A stretch of 64,000 bases of DNA, taken from the NCBI RefSeq assembly GCF_031769215.1, contig NW_026782370.1, positions 868,001 to 932,000 of the forward strand, in the 5' to 3' direction. This document shows positions 37,340 through 52,140 of the stretch, in pieces. This stretch comes from Ylistrum balloti (lineage: Eukaryota). Positions within the stretch are counted from its first letter, which is position 1. Every line of letters begins with the position of its first letter. The notes beneath the pieces are model-generated. The model saw nothing but the letters and a program-made list of their open reading frames with translations, ran no database searches and was not told the origin of the DNA. Both the position numbers and the translations under genes were made by a program.

Positions 37340-37730
37340 AAGCAATTTTAACCAGATAATTACAACCTTGACGGGCAATTTCATCCAAACAATTACAACC
37401 TTGACGGGCAATTTCATCCAAACAATTACAACCTGGGCAGGCAATTTTTACCAATTACAACCAACGCAGGCAATTTTTACCAGACAATTACATCCTTGGC
37501 GGGCAATTTTAACCAGACAATTACAACCTTGACGGGCAATTTCAACCAAACAATTACAACCTGGGCAGGAAATTTTTACCAGACAATTACAACCTGGGCA
37601 GGAAATTTTACCGATTACAACCAAGGCAGGCAACTTTAAGCAAGGTAGGCAATTTTTCCCATTATTACATAGGCCGGCAATGTTTACCAATTACAACCTA
37701 GGCAGGTAATTCTAACCAGACAATTAACAC
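37340..37730. repeat. About 33-bp degenerate minisatellite
   Basis: aattacaacc(tt/tg)g(a/g)c(g/a)ggcaattttaaccagac repeated. Confidence 0.85.
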
Positions 37731-37908
37731 ATATTGCTAGTACAACAGGTAATTCTAACTTATTCTTGACCTAATTTTCCTACACTAATTCATTAAATGA
37801 CTGGTTGGTTGATGCCTGCTGGTGCCTTTAAACCACCTTTAACAAGTCTGTCATACCTGAGATAGCTATATTAAACAAATCTGCATCAAGATCTCAAAAC
37901 AATAAATA

Positions 37909-39043
37909 ACTAGACCAATGTCGAGGAAGGGCCCCGCATAATACCTACCCCTTATGATTGAGTTTCTTAATATTAAGAAATATATGGACAGGTGTCAAGT
38001 ATTGAAAGCAACTTTCATCAAAATCCAATGAAAATGGACAGATGGACAGATATATGGATCGACGGACAGGCCAAAACTGATCAGGCCAACAGACAGGACA
38101 GGGCCAACATTATCTGATCAGGCCAACATTGATGTACAACAGTATCACAAGCAAGTTTTAAAGAAATCCCAAACATTCCTTCAGCCAACATATGATCTGT
38201 AAAACATTCAGCCAATCAGATTGCAGCAGCCTCATTAAATATCAAGCGGAATTTGGCAAACATCGAACTTGAGCGAGGGACTTATGTACCAAGTATCATA
38301 AGCAAGTTTCATCGAAATCCCATCATTCCTTCTCAAGATATCGCGTGGAAAGCAAAACCGACAGACATGTAAAACATTCAGCCAATCAGATTGCAGCAGC
38401 TTCATTAAATATCCGAGGAATTTGGACAACAACCAACTTGAGCAAGCGACTTATGTACCAAGTATCATAAGCATGTTTCATCGAAATCCCATCATTCCTT
38501 CTAAAGATACCGCGCAGGAAAGCGAAACCGACATTACATGTAAATTTTTCAGCCAATCAGATTGCAGCAGCCTCATTAAATATGGGCGGAATTTGGCAAA
38601 CATCAACCTGAGCAGGAAATTTTACCGATTACAACCAAGGCAGGCAACTTTATCATAAGCAATTTTTCCCATTACTACACAGGCCGGCAATGTTTCCTTA
38701 CAAGATATCGCGCGGTAAAAGCGAAACACATATTGCTAGTACAACATGTAAAACATTCAGCCAATCAGATTGCACAGCTAATTCATTAAATATGCACGGA
38801 ATTTGGCCAAACATCGAACTGTCATACCTGAGGGACTATATTAAACAAGTATCATAAGCAAGTTTCATCGAAATCTCATCATTCCTTATTAAGAAATATA
38901 TGGACAGGTGTCAAGGAAAGCAAACATCAAAATCCAATGAAAATGGACAGACAGATATATGGACAGACAGATGGACAGACAGACGGACAGACGGACAAGG
39001 TGATTACTATAGGGCACCCGCATCGCGATGCGGGGCCCTAATT
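37909..39043 (+). mobile_element. Pearl/HINE-like non-autonomous Helitron-type element (subterminal IRs, about 170-bp core repeats, GACA/GACG microsatellite, 3' hairpin)
   Basis: gggccccgcat (37929-37939) is the reverse complement of atgcggggccc (39028-39038); hairpin gggcacccgcatcgcgatgcggggccc; core aaaacattcagccaatcagattgcagcagc at about 38201, 38371, 38542 and 38750; (ggacagac) repeats at 38936-38998. Confidence 0.85.
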
Positions 39044-42000
39044 AAATCTGTTTTAGCAGCAGGGGAGGGGAAGGGAGGTTGATCAAATCTGAGCGTTTGA
39101 CAATGTATTGCTATTATTTTATTTCCAGTGTGTGGGGAGGGGACGGGAGTTCAAATCAGAGTGCTTGACACAAATTGCTAATATTTTATTTCCTGTATGG
39201 AAAAGTCTAACACTATATTTAGTAACCTATGATCCTAATCATGGTAATTTCACATGACCACCCAGGCATGGAAAATAGACATCTTCATTCATCACTGTTC
39301 ATGTACTCTCTGTTTTACGTATTTTGTCATGCCCTGATTAAAATGACAAGTGATGAATGCCTCAAACATTATTCAGCTATTTTCACATAAATATTAAAAA
39401 CGGTAGCTTTTATTTTATTTCTTCTAACATTTAAAATGATTTTACAAGGCAATTCAAAACTGTAGCCATAAAAGTTGTATGGAAATTTCAAAGGTTCACA
39501 AGATATTAAAAGCCTATAACTAAGTAAGAAAGATTGCGTAAAGCCTGCCTTTGAAGTCACATAATCGTACAAGTCTGTAAGAACTATAGGATACTAGAAA
39601 TAAGAGATTGATGCAGCCTCTTATCTTTATTCTTTCCCCTTCCATTCTCATACAAATCAAACCATCTCCAGACTTTTTTCCTCCCTGCCTATAATCATGT
39701 CCTTATCAGCGACATATTCTGTGATCCTTCTGGTGTTGTATGGACAGCCTTTACCCATCATCACTCTGATCAAGTTAACATAGTCAAGCCAATGTTGTTA
39801 AATTATTTTTCAAATCTACACATTTTTAAGAAGGCATTTGAACTACTGATCCACAGACATTGATTTATGTTACAACTGTCGACCAGTCCTACAGAGGAGA
39901 AGCTATCTATGTGTGCTTGATATAATGTACCCAAAGCCTTGTATAATTCCTATATGATACGAGAATGTACTAAAAAAGCCTAGGTGATGCTTGCCCCTGA
40001 TAATTTCCTGGTAAACTTTAACACTGTCACTGACAACAGCTGATGTTGTAAGTCAACCATCCCAGTCTTAACATTATCAGCTACAAAAATTTATCTCACT
40101 AAATCTTTTACATTGTTCCTAGATTTATTTTCCCACGAAGGAATTTCTAAAACTTTCAACTTCAAGTATAAAGTGACTGATTTCACATAAGCAGTGATTT
40201 ATGGATTTGATTAACATATGTTTAACATTTTCTTTATTCATTTGAGAGAGGGGGAAAGAAGGGGGAATGTCTTATTCTACTTGTTTTTGTACTTTCCTTC
40301 AAATATCAACCTGTATTGCTAAGACTGCAGATGAAATATTTGAAGAGAAGGAAAGGAAGAGGGAAGAAATAGGTAGGAAGAAGAAGGAAAAGGAAAGTAA
40401 ACATAATATGCTGTTTTTCGTCTCATTTCCTTATTACACCAGCTTTCCATTGAGAGCTGTGCATTTCCTGAGTTCCCAATGTTCCTTGCTGTCTGTCAAG
40501 TTTCCATTCTGTAACCGCATAAATATAAAATATCTCATTCCCAAGGCACACTGTACACATACATCATCATAGACAAAGTGCCTTTCAATTTTTTCCAAGT
40601 TGAGATGAAGTGTACAAGACCAAGTGTTAGGAGGGGGGAGGGGGAGGGATTACCTCGTAGTTATTATGTATACATTATACTTTGCAGCTATCATAGCCAT
40701 ATCTGCATCCCATCTACAGTACATTCTTTGCAATACATGTCAAATATTCTATTGACAAGAATGTACACAAGTTCCAATTTGGGTTAACACTTCTATATAC
40801 TGTGTATGTGGGTACATATTTCTGAAGAATAATGAAGACTGCTTTAGAACACATCAGGCATACCAGACTTCGAGACTGCCAGATGGTTAGGGAGAAAGAG
40901 AGAGAGCATGTCTCACACATACGGAAAGAAGAGAAACATATGCTGTAATGTAACCATGATTGTATACATTACAGCTGCACACCAGCCAATTCAATGGTCT
41001 GTGTAAGTCTTCCACAGTCTCTCAAGGAGATCACCATATAACCCCCTCTACAATACCCTCAACATCAAATTGAATGAATTCTGAAGACGATTCTAATCCA
41101 CCTTTCTTTCAAAGTCTACAACTTCAAGATCTAAGATGCTGCTCTAGGCTGTTGTAAGCAAGACTTTTTCTTATAATATTTACACTTCTTTTGAAATATT
41201 AAGTGAGTTACTGAGGATCTGAGCACAGAAAATGTCTGTAATATGTCCTGGACTGGCCACAAGTCTTTAAAACTCTCTTCAAAATAATCATTATATTTGT
41301 AAAAAATATAACAGGCTGACTACAAGTCATTATGAAGCCCTTAGTGAAAGTATAAGGATATGTAGATACTTGCTGAAAGTCATAAGGGCTTACCCACAAA
41401 CCTTAAAGAAGCCCTCAGTGGAAGTATTCAAGTACAGATGTACTTACCATATGTCAATAGCAGCCAATCACCACAAGATTATGGGAAACGGAATTATGTT
41501 CGCGGTAAAAGTAGACATGGTACGGCATGAAGCATTTCAAAGACTATGAAATTGATATAGTTTACACTATCTTGTTAAAGAGAATGTCACTTTTATTAAA
41601 TCTACACTGTATATCAGCATTCTTATAAAGCAAATAAATATAGATTTTGTTCCATACAGCCATTCGAGATAAAAAACTTTTCCATTTATTTACAGAAGAA
41701 TTCACATAATTATAAATGCTTTTATGCAGTAAATAATTTCCTTGTAAATGGTTTCCCATGAGTGTGTGGTCTGTACTTAGAGTCCTGACATCTGTTGTCC
41801 TCTCACTACACAATTCTGACAGGTACATATCATATCTCCTGATAAATGGAATTTTCTGAGTAATTTTGGATTTTAAACCAGAGGAAGGTCCATGTAGATT
41901 GTTTTGGTCTAACAGACTGTTAAAATTACACACAATATTACTGACTGGACTGAGTCACCAGCTCATACAATCTTTTCTGAAGTGTTGAAGTTTTTTTTTT

Positions 42001-45000
42001 TCATATTTGAAATTACCAGAAATACTACTGCAATGTATTTTTACATTGGCATTTTGTGTGATTCTTTTCTGGAGTTGTCATTTTTTGTTTTACATTTTTG
42101 GATATTGGCAAGTATAATATTTCAAACTGTTGTATATTTACCTTAGATAGGACTGAATTCTACACAGGTAGTATATTGTATTGCTACAACTGAACCAATA
42201 GGTTAACTGAGGTATACCCTTCAAAAAACAGCTTAATCAGCCTCTGGTGTTGACCTGGAAAGGACACAGAGGCTCTGTGATCACCATGATATCAGGCCAC
42301 AATAAACATAGGGTCAGTGTGTATTAGAGAGATACATCATCTGATATATATCTCCTACAGACAGCCCACACCTCTCAATGCTATCATATCTCATCTCTTC
42401 TATAAAGGAGAAAACAATGTTTAAATTAACACAATTGTTTGTTTTTAATTTCATACTCAGAAAACCTCTTGAAGTGAACAGATACACATATCTTGAAAGT
42501 TTATTTACAAGCAATCCTTGATCATCACCAACTTCAGTACCCCCATTTTCTGGGGAAGTGTCAGAGGTCTGGTGGAGTCTGGTAATAAAACCTGGATTGA
42601 CCATTAGCATGCAGACTGACCGTGAGTCATACATTATTACTCTTGTCTGACTGGACATTGGGCAGCTAAGGATCCTGTAAAAGTGTTTGCAGTGAGGATG
42701 ATTACACCAGGTGGAATGTATCACTACAGGCGTTACAGGATCACAGTCTGTCAAAAACACTTCCAAAGATAGAAAATAGATATACAGATTGCTAGCTGTA
42801 CACTGATTTGAGGCAGTTTTGCAAAGAGGGTAACAAAAGCATATAATGTTAGGAAATGTACCATAGTCATGTCATCATAGGTCTTTCATATTTTATAATT
42901 ACCAGAAAGATGAGAAATGTTTTCAGCAATGAGCAACTTAACATAACTTCAACTCAATTTGATAGGGCCTAATGATTTTTCTTCATATTTTTCATGTAAC
43001 TTGAACCTTTTTACAAAAAATGTTCAACACTACAACTACTGAGTGTCCCATTGGTGTTTGGTCCACAACCGTCCAAATGGACAAAGGTATGGAACTCAAT
43101 ACATAAACTACATCAATCACCAGTTACATAAAACGCTGAAATTGTCCTATGAGGAAATCTGAACCGAACCAAAATTGTCAGGCATTTGACAATGACAATG
43201 GGCTGCCAGCTCTTTTGGGATCCTCCCATTGTCTGTTGGTGTGGGTATAGGTTTGTACCTGTACCAACGCTAACAACACAAACTCTACTTTCTGTAGGTC
43301 AAACTTAAATATCAGACAAAAATATCCCCGGACATATATGCTGTAAATGCCGTTGACTTATGATAACTGAAAATTCCTATAGATATCACATTGATTTAGC
43401 AATTAGCTCATGCCAGGTAACACTCACATCCATAGCAACTACTGTTCAATAGAAATACCTAAAAAAAGTAGTCATTGACCTGTAATAAGCCCACCCTCTG
43501 ACTTCGGAGTCAGGTATAATATGCTGGCCCCTAGGGCTTTTTGCTGGATAAGTATAAACTTCTTACTAGTCTTACATTTGGGATGTTTCAATTCATTCTG
43601 GTAATAAGCTTATAGATATAGCAAATTTAAGGTTATTTTGACACTGTTACCTGACATCACATGCCAATATCATTTGACAATGGATTTCACTTGAATATTC
43701 ATGATCAAAATTTCCTGAAATTTATTGTACTACCCAAAGTACAGCAGACCTTGGAATACTCTTTAAACTAGTAGTAAAATGTAAACAAACTACTAGCATC
43801 TAAGTACATAAATCATGACAAGATTACACCATTTTCTTTGAAGAGGAAAGGAAGTCTTTAATCGTTGAATTTCCCTACATATATCCATGCAATCGCCAAT
43901 GTAACACTTGGTAATTACCTTTTTCCTCTTTATAATCCTTTTTGAGCCAGGTGAGCTAAAAATCACACAATCAATAGATCAATTTATCTTTTTTGAAAGT
44001 CAGGCCAAACTTGGCTCTGTAAATAACAGTATATTAATCTAAGGTAAACAACTTTAGGCAGATTTCACAGAACTATCACCAACTCTGGTGTTCTGGTGTC
44101 TGTGTATATCTGTAAGGTTACAAATCCTTACACATTAAATGAAACACGTATGATTTGAATGATTTCCTTAGTTCAATCAGCTTTGAAAGCTCGTCCTAAA
44201 TTGTAGCCACAACCTCTTTTGTTGGCTATTTCAAATGTATCCATAAATCTCATCAATTATTTCCATATTTTGTCGATCTCTTGACCTCAGAATAAATTTA
44301 GAATCTATCTCTGAAGAAAAGAGGTATATACATACACAGCATACAATTTCAATACTGATACTGAAAGCTAGTACTATGTAAACTGAAGGGGAAACATCAA
44401 TAGACCTAACCTGTACTTTGGTAGAGTATTCACCAATACCTACTTGACACAAAACCAATAACACACAAAACCTGCCAATTCAAAATCAATTGAATATTAA
44501 AAGGGAGAAAATGCCACTGAAATGAAAACAAGTATTAGCTATTGACCTCCATTCAGAAGTGCTCTCTTTTGATGGACTGTTATACCAATATTTTGGAGCT
44601 ATTTCTGAGGTGCTAGTATAGGGTCCGCCTTGGAACCAAATATTGACATGAAGGTCCAATATCATAGTGTTAATAATCACCTCCAAGCTGATATAGAGAC
44701 GTGACAGTTACCTGTGTAGGAATGCCTACTCCAGATTAACAAGTCTTTGTATTATATTAACATCATTTATATAAAGTGAAGCTTGCTGTGAATTGTGCTT
44801 GAACACCAGCTTTTCATTGTATTCTGCCAATAACAATTAGGTCAGTGAAAATTTTAATATTTCATTATATACAGACTGTCCCATCTCTATGAACTTACCT
44901 GGACCAGTAGTCAGTATCAACAGAATGTAGGGTGTCTATTTCTTGGTCAAGTTTTACACGTGATCTCTGTGTAGGTGGCTTAAGACCTTTGTATGTCTTG

Positions 45001-45166
45001 ATTTTAGAATAAATATTTGTAGAACTTCAAATGATATGATGACAGTTCTAACCAAATATTCTACTTACCAACAACTGACAAGTGACAACTTAAAACCCAA
45101 GTTGACATGCAAATCTCTGTAACAGACTTCTGTCAGAAGATCTGGAATGGAGTTGCTAAGCCAGTG

Positions 45167-46335
45167 CTCTACAGCTTTCCTGCTAAACCAAGAACTCTAT
45201 AGCTTTGCTGCTAAACCAAAAACTCTATAACTTTCCTGCTAAACCAAAAACTCTATAACTTTCCTGCTAAACCAAAAACTCTATAACTTTCCTGCTAAAC
45301 CAAAAACTCTATAGCTTTGATGCTAAACCAAAAACTCTATAGCTTTCCTGCTAAACCAAAAACTCTATAACTTTCCTGCTAAACCAAAAACTCTATAACT
45401 TTCCTGCTAAACCAAAAACTCTATAGCTTTGCTGCTAAACCAAAAACTCTATAGCTTTTCTGCTAAACCAAAAACTCTATAACTTTCCTGCTAAACCAAA
45501 AACTCTATAACTTTCCTGCTAAACCAAAAACTCTATAGCTTTGCTGCTAAACCAAAAACTCTATAGCTTTTCTGCTAAACCAAAAACTCTATAACTTTCC
45601 TGCTAAACCAAAAACTCTATAGCTTTTCTGCTAAACCAAAAACTCTATAGCTTTTCTGCTAAACCAAAAACTCTACAGCTTTCCTGCTAAACCAAGAACT
45701 CTATAGCTTTTCTGCTAAACCAAAAACTCTATAGCTTTTCTGCTAAACCAAAAACTCTACAGCTTTCCTGCTAAACCAAGAACTCTATAGCTTTTCTGCT
45801 AAACCAAAAACTCTATAACTTTCCTGCTAAACCAAAAACTCTATAACTTTCCTGCTAAACCAAAAACTCTATAGCTTTGCTGCTAAACCAAAAACTCTAT
45901 AGCTTTTCTGCTAAACCAAAAACTCTATAACTTTCCTGCTAAACCAAAAACTCTATAGCTTTGCTGCTAAACCAAAAACTCTATAGCTTTTCTGCTAAAC
46001 CAAAAACTCTATAACTTTCCTGCTAAACCAAGAACTCTATAGCTTTTCTGCTAAACCAAAAACTCTATAGCTTTTCTGCTAAACCAAAAACTCTACAGCT
46101 TTCCTGCTAAACCAAGAACTCTATAGCTTTTCTGCTAAACCAAAAACTCTATAGCTTTTCTGCTAAACCAAAAACTCTATAACTTTCCTGCTAAACCAAA
46201 AACTCTATAGCTTTTCTGCTAAACCAAAAACTCTATAGCTTTGCTGCTAAACCAAAAACTCTATAACTTTCCTGCTAAACCAAAAACTCTATAACTTTCC
46301 TGCTAAACCAAAAACTCTATAGCTTTTCTGCTAAA
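45167..46335. repeat. 28-bp minisatellite, about 41 copies
   Basis: ctaaaccaaaaactctata(g/a)cttt(t/c/g)ctg in tandem. Confidence 0.98.
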
Positions 46336-47809
46336 TAAAAGCCCTGTAGTTTTGCTTCTAAATCAATAGCTTTGCTGTTAATTCTAAAGTACTGCACGTA
46401 GCTATAGAATTTGACTGCAATTTCTGACTGCAAATTCTACAACATCATCATCAGTTTGTAGTGCTGATGCAAATACATTTTCACCAATTATACATACTAA
46501 AGAATATTTTTATCAAGCCTAGAATGATTGACAAGACATCAAGTTACATGTAAAATTGAATATTGATTTGAGATTTTCTATTTTTCTGGCATCTGTATAT
46601 AAACAAAGACCTGTTTTTAACAGATTACATAACTACACAAATCATAGATTGATTCTGATCACACATGTAACCCTCCCAAACACTCATTCCAACTCAAATT
46701 AAATGATAATTTTCTGGAAAAATTTCAAAACCTACATATATTCATTAAATTGACACTCACTAAAACCTTGGGCTATTTGAACTATCATTCTTTGAATGTG
46801 ATAAGAATTTTAACTTTACAAGATTGACTGCATTATATTTAAACAAATAATCATAAAGGAATGGCTTTTACCAGAAGTTTGAGAACATCACAAACATTCA
46901 TCTAAATCTGAGCAGTTTAATGACAGAAAGATACATTAACTATTTGTTTACTTATATGGATTGTTTATGTACAACATCTTTCTATAGACCTTTGTGTCCC
47001 AATTTATTAAGTCTTATTATTAACATAGCAACAACATAACCTTAGATTTAAATTTCATTATGTTCTAAACATTTTGAAATCCAAAAAAGTAAATTCAAAG
47101 AAACAGGATCAAATTGAAACCTTTGAAACAAACAACACAAACAAATTTTTAATATCTGTATATTTCCTAAAATAATTTGAGAGTTAGTCTTCAATACTAT
47201 TAAAAGCATTTAACATTTATAATCAGGAGATGTTTTCTTTCAAACTTCCCCATCACAGTAATCATGTTTACCCTTATGACCACAGAGAACAAACCAATTT
47301 AATCCAGGCAGAAATCTTAAAGAATTGCATTATGACATACAATTAATGTCTTAAGATTGATTTCCCCTCTTTTAAAATAACTTTAGCAAGGCTCTTTATT
47401 GTAAGACAAATATACAGTGTACTGTTACTGTGCATTTGCCTTACAATAAAGAATAAGGGCTTTCCCTTGATGGGAGATTGACGGCCTCCTATCTGTATGC
47501 TTACACACCAGGAGGGACTGGTGAAGAACTATACACCAGAATGTTCCTGTCTTGAGTGTTGACACTATCTTCACCAAAGATTGCAGTTCCTTCACACAAC
47601 AAAGAGTCTATTGTCATCAACAATTAGTCAATCACGGAAAGCACAATATGGGATTTTTCATCTCTGAAACTAAGGGAGTTGGCCAGTGTTTTTCATATAA
47701 TGGGCAGAGGTATCTCTCACGGTGTGAACACAACTAGCTACTGAAAAATGTATCATCCCAGAATTTTGTCTGGGGGTGGGGGCTGTGTTACACAATATAT
47801 TGTCTTCAG

Positions 47810-48345
47810 AGTGCAGTTCTTTGATTGTTGGGGAGTTTAATACAGTGCAGTCCCTTTGACATTGTAAGGTGTCATACCGGTAGTTTGTTGGGAAGTTTCA
47901 GACAGAGTGAAGTCCCTTTGACATTGTAAGGTGTCATACCGGTAGTTTGTTGGGAAGTTTCAGACAGAGTGAAGTCCCTTGACATTGTAAGGTGTCATAC
48001 CGGTAGTTTGTTGGGAAGTTTCAGACAGAGTAAAGTCCCTTGACATTGTAAGGTGTCATACCGGTAGTTTGTTGGGAAGTTTCAGACAGAGTGAAGTCCC
48101 TTGACATTGTAAGGTGTCATACCGGTAGTTTGTTGGGAAGTTTCAGACAGAGTGAAGTCCCTTGACATTGTAAGGTGTCATACCGGTAGTTTGTTGGGAG
48201 GTTTTAGGCAGAGTGTAGTCCTTTGACTTTATAAGGTTTAAACCAGCACTTTGTTTCAGTTTCAGACAGAGTGTTGTCCCTTAACTTTATAAGGTGTCAC
48301 AACAGTTGTTTGTTGGGAAGTTTCAGACAGAAGGCAGTCCCTTTA
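47810..48345. repeat. 61-bp minisatellite, about 8-9 copies
   Basis: cagagtgaagtcccttgacattgtaaggtgtcataccggtagtttgttgggaagtttcaga in tandem. Confidence 0.96.
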
Positions 48346-51201
48346 ATAACATTAAAACCTAGTATTCTGTTTTACTATATAACCCATTGTTGTAACAGCT
48401 GATGACAAACACTCAGAGATACAATCAGCCCTGACATTGTCCACACTGATCCCAGCTGCTTGTCTTTTCTGACTGGGTCATGACATTCTTGAACATCTTT
48501 ATCTGCTACTAGCACTACTATTTGCCAAGTCTGTTACAAAAAATACAATACAGATTTCTGGATTAAGCTCATTTGAGACTGTAATTACCGTAGTCATTTT
48601 TATATTGTTGGAAAATTGCCTACTATGAAGACCCAGCTACAACATAATGTCATGAAAATTGTACAAATGGTAACATTGTATGACCTAAATAGCCGTAAAA
48701 ACAGGTAAAGAATCCAAGAGACTGAGATCTAGATCATGATGGAATCAATTGCACGCCCTTATTACCATGATGATATCTTGGCTTTGTCAATCCAATAGAT
48801 CAACAGGACAGGACATGTACATTTCCGCATGTTTACAAGCTTAGCATGTTTAAATCTTCCTTGCTTAGGTTTGTAAAATGAGTCACTTGGATCACTGTTC
48901 CATGTGCTGTTTACAGTCTAAGTCGGTCAGTGATCACCATTCAGCACCCGTCACCACATACTAAATTTAACATAGACCAATAACAATAGGATCTAGGAGC
49001 TTCTTTAGGAAAGATAACTAAAATCAACATCCAAGATCAATTAGACAACCAAGTACACTCAACTTCCAGGCTTAATCACTGGCACCAACAAATTAACAGA
49101 CCGGTATCAACAGAAATATGTATATATATGGTAGACTTTTTCTAGACAAAATGTGTTGAAATAGTTTCAAAAGAGGACATCATCCATATACTGTTCACTG
49201 TTTAGTACTAAACAGTCAGATTATTGCTGCAATACCAGATCACCTTATTACTACTTCATAAAATCTGTACTGGATGATACCCTAGGGTAACAAGCATGAA
49301 TCACAAATTACAGTTTTACCAGTCTCACACCCCTAAAAACTTAATTCACCTATAGTTCCAGGTGAATGAAAACCTTATTTATTGGTGACTTTACTGGTTC
49401 CTAGCCATTGTCTGGTCCCATCTTGATCCCCTAGCATACTGTAACTTAGGATGTACAGACCTCCCACCAACTATGTTGTTCCTGGAGCCAAGAACGTCAT
49501 ACATAGCCGACAGAAATGTCATACACAGACAGGAATATCATACATACAGACAGAGGTCATAATTGTATGACCTCTCGGTTCTCTTCCAGCTTCATTCTGG
49601 ATTGTTATCACTGTGAAAGAACAATTGTAATTACATTTTTTTTCTTCCTTTCTTTTTTACAAACATTTTTCCATTTGTTTTTTTTGCAAATAATTTATAA
49701 TGTCTAAGGTCTTCCTATTGCAGTGAAATGCACTTCTTTATTTCAAATCAATTTCTGATGCTGACTAATTGATAAAAGGTTAATTTCTAGATTTCTATCA
49801 TGCTTATGACATATTAGCCAATTAAAAGATGATGAAAAAATTTTTGAGGATAAAGGTGTAGTTTAATGTACAGCTTAAGATACAAATCTACAAGTACACA
49901 TTATCAAAGTGAGGATAATCCCTCTTAGGACCAAAGGAGCAGTCTGGCGCCCAGTTACAAGGACAGGCATAGCTGGCGCATTGACCACCACATCATACAC
50001 AGTTAGGCAGGTGAGAGTGGAACCACAAAGTCCATAAAAGAATGTCACCCTTCCTTATGTAATGTATAAACAGCTTAGGTATATCACTATTAACTGTTCT
50101 GGACCAGGTCAATATGGCATTACCACAGGTCAGCTTAGCCAAATATCACCAACATACCACATTGTCCCTTATAATATCATTATATCTGAGCTAAATTCAT
50201 GGATAGTCCTAAGGTTGGAAAACATTAATAGCTGCAATAAGCAAAGTAAAATATTTTCTTTCGGTTTTCATAAATGATTTAACTATCCTCCATACAACCA
50301 ATATATGTAACAAAATAATATGACCTGACTCATCAAACAAAACACAATTTCAGGAAACCTATTATCAGCCAGTCCTAATGAATTAAATAAATTTGGCCAT
50401 ACACAGAGTAGGAATGTACTGATATCGCTAACGATGTTCCAACAATCCACCAATTATTTGCCTGGACCACTAATACACCATCCCACTTAAAACAGTCTTC
50501 ATGCTTCACTGCCTTTTACAGAGGTCAGGGTTTGGTCAAGATTCCAACTGGACATCATGACTGGACATCACCTGACCATACCCCTGACTGGACAGTACCT
50601 ATTACTGTATGTGTTTCTTTTGGCAGTGTTTCCCCTCACACGAGGTAATCAAGCCATTGTAAATAAATTACAGTGGAAAGGTTCAGAACAGTTCAGACAG
50701 AATTGAAGATCACGTGTAGATCATCCAAACTTCTACTAACACCCAATCCCGTTTTTACAGGGGTATCACAAATCTGACCACAGAATCATTTTAAAACTAG
50801 TTACTTTGGTAATGTATTGCTGAGTAAGTGTCCAGTATACCTAAGAAGCTATTCAGTGGTCACTGGAGGATAGCTTTGTAATTCTAAACTGACGTCTATT
50901 GTCCGGAGGTGTCGTCCATCTCCTGACCATCTGTACTTTTGTGATAAGATACTCTTTTACTGAAGTAAAACCAGCTAGATCTATACAAACAAACCCTTTA
51001 ATGCAGTGATCACCATCAACATAAAACTGTGGTATCAGACAGATTGTCACTTCTCCGTGGATCAGTATCGGATCAAAATTCACATGAAATTTTATGCCAT
51101 GTGACTATTTTGAATGATTGGGAGGTGGGTTGTAAATTAAAAAAAAAAAATTCAATAAATCAGTAATAAATCCAGAACAGTTTATAAAAATTTTAAAACT
51201 C

Positions 51202-51629
51202 GTAAGACAAGCTTTAACTACTGGATGTAAGGGAAGTAATTCTGTTCAGTAAGACAAGCTCAAATTACTGGATGTAAGGGAGGAATGGAAAATTCTGTTC
51301 AGTAAGACAAGCTCAAATTACTGGATGTAAGGGAGGAATGGAAAATTCTGTTCAGTAAGACAAGCTCAAATTACTGGATGTAAGGGAGGAATGGAAAATT
51401 CTGTTCAGTAAGACAAGCTCAAATTACTGGATGTAAGGGAGGAATGGAAAATTCTGTTCAGTAAGACAAGCTCAAATTACTGGATGTAAGGGAAGAATGG
51501 AAAATTCTGTTCAGTAAGACAAGCTCAAATTACTGGATGTAAGGGAGGAATGGAAAATTCTGTTCAGTAAGACAAGCTCAAATTACTGGATGTAAGGGAA
51601 GAATGGAAAATTCTGTTCTGTAAGACAAG
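51202..51629. repeat. 53-bp minisatellite, about 8 copies
   Basis: ctgttcagtaagacaagctcaaattactggatgtaagggaggaatggaaaatt in tandem. Confidence 0.97.
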
Positions 51630-52140
51630 GTTACGGGAAGCACACTTCTTTTTAAAACCTTTTCTTTCTCTGCATTTGTGTTTACATAATTCTATTATCA
51701 AAACATAGAAAACTGGTTTGAAGTATTCAGTAGCTGGAATGACAAGGAGAATTTTCAGTGTTTACTTTTTGAGAAGAATTATTGAAGTAGCATTAAAAAG
51801 TTGAGCAAATACCAGTCCTTTCTGGGGTCTACTGGCAGAGATTTACTTTGTATTACTGAGTTTATGACGTCCAATAAATTCCCAGTGACAATCTTTATAA
51901 AAACCATTCTTATCAGTGTTAGTACTTCTACAATTCTGTCAACACTGGGGATCAACAGACAAAATTATCTAAAGGTCCCTATTTTCATACCCATTATTGA
52001 CCCTACTGACCCAAGCTGTCAAAGGCCTGTTGACTTTAGACAGAAGTTAATACCCATGGGGAGATGCTAATTTAGGCATGTTTTCCTTGATGACAAATAT
52101 TTTGAAAGTTTCCTTATTCTGTCATTTCTATAAAGAAAAA

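Noticed and set aside
47505-47750. Possible alternative first exon MTIDSLLCEG...SPVPPG
   Set aside because: The strong donor (GTAAGC) is in phase 2, and the phase-1 donor (GTGTGT) is weak.
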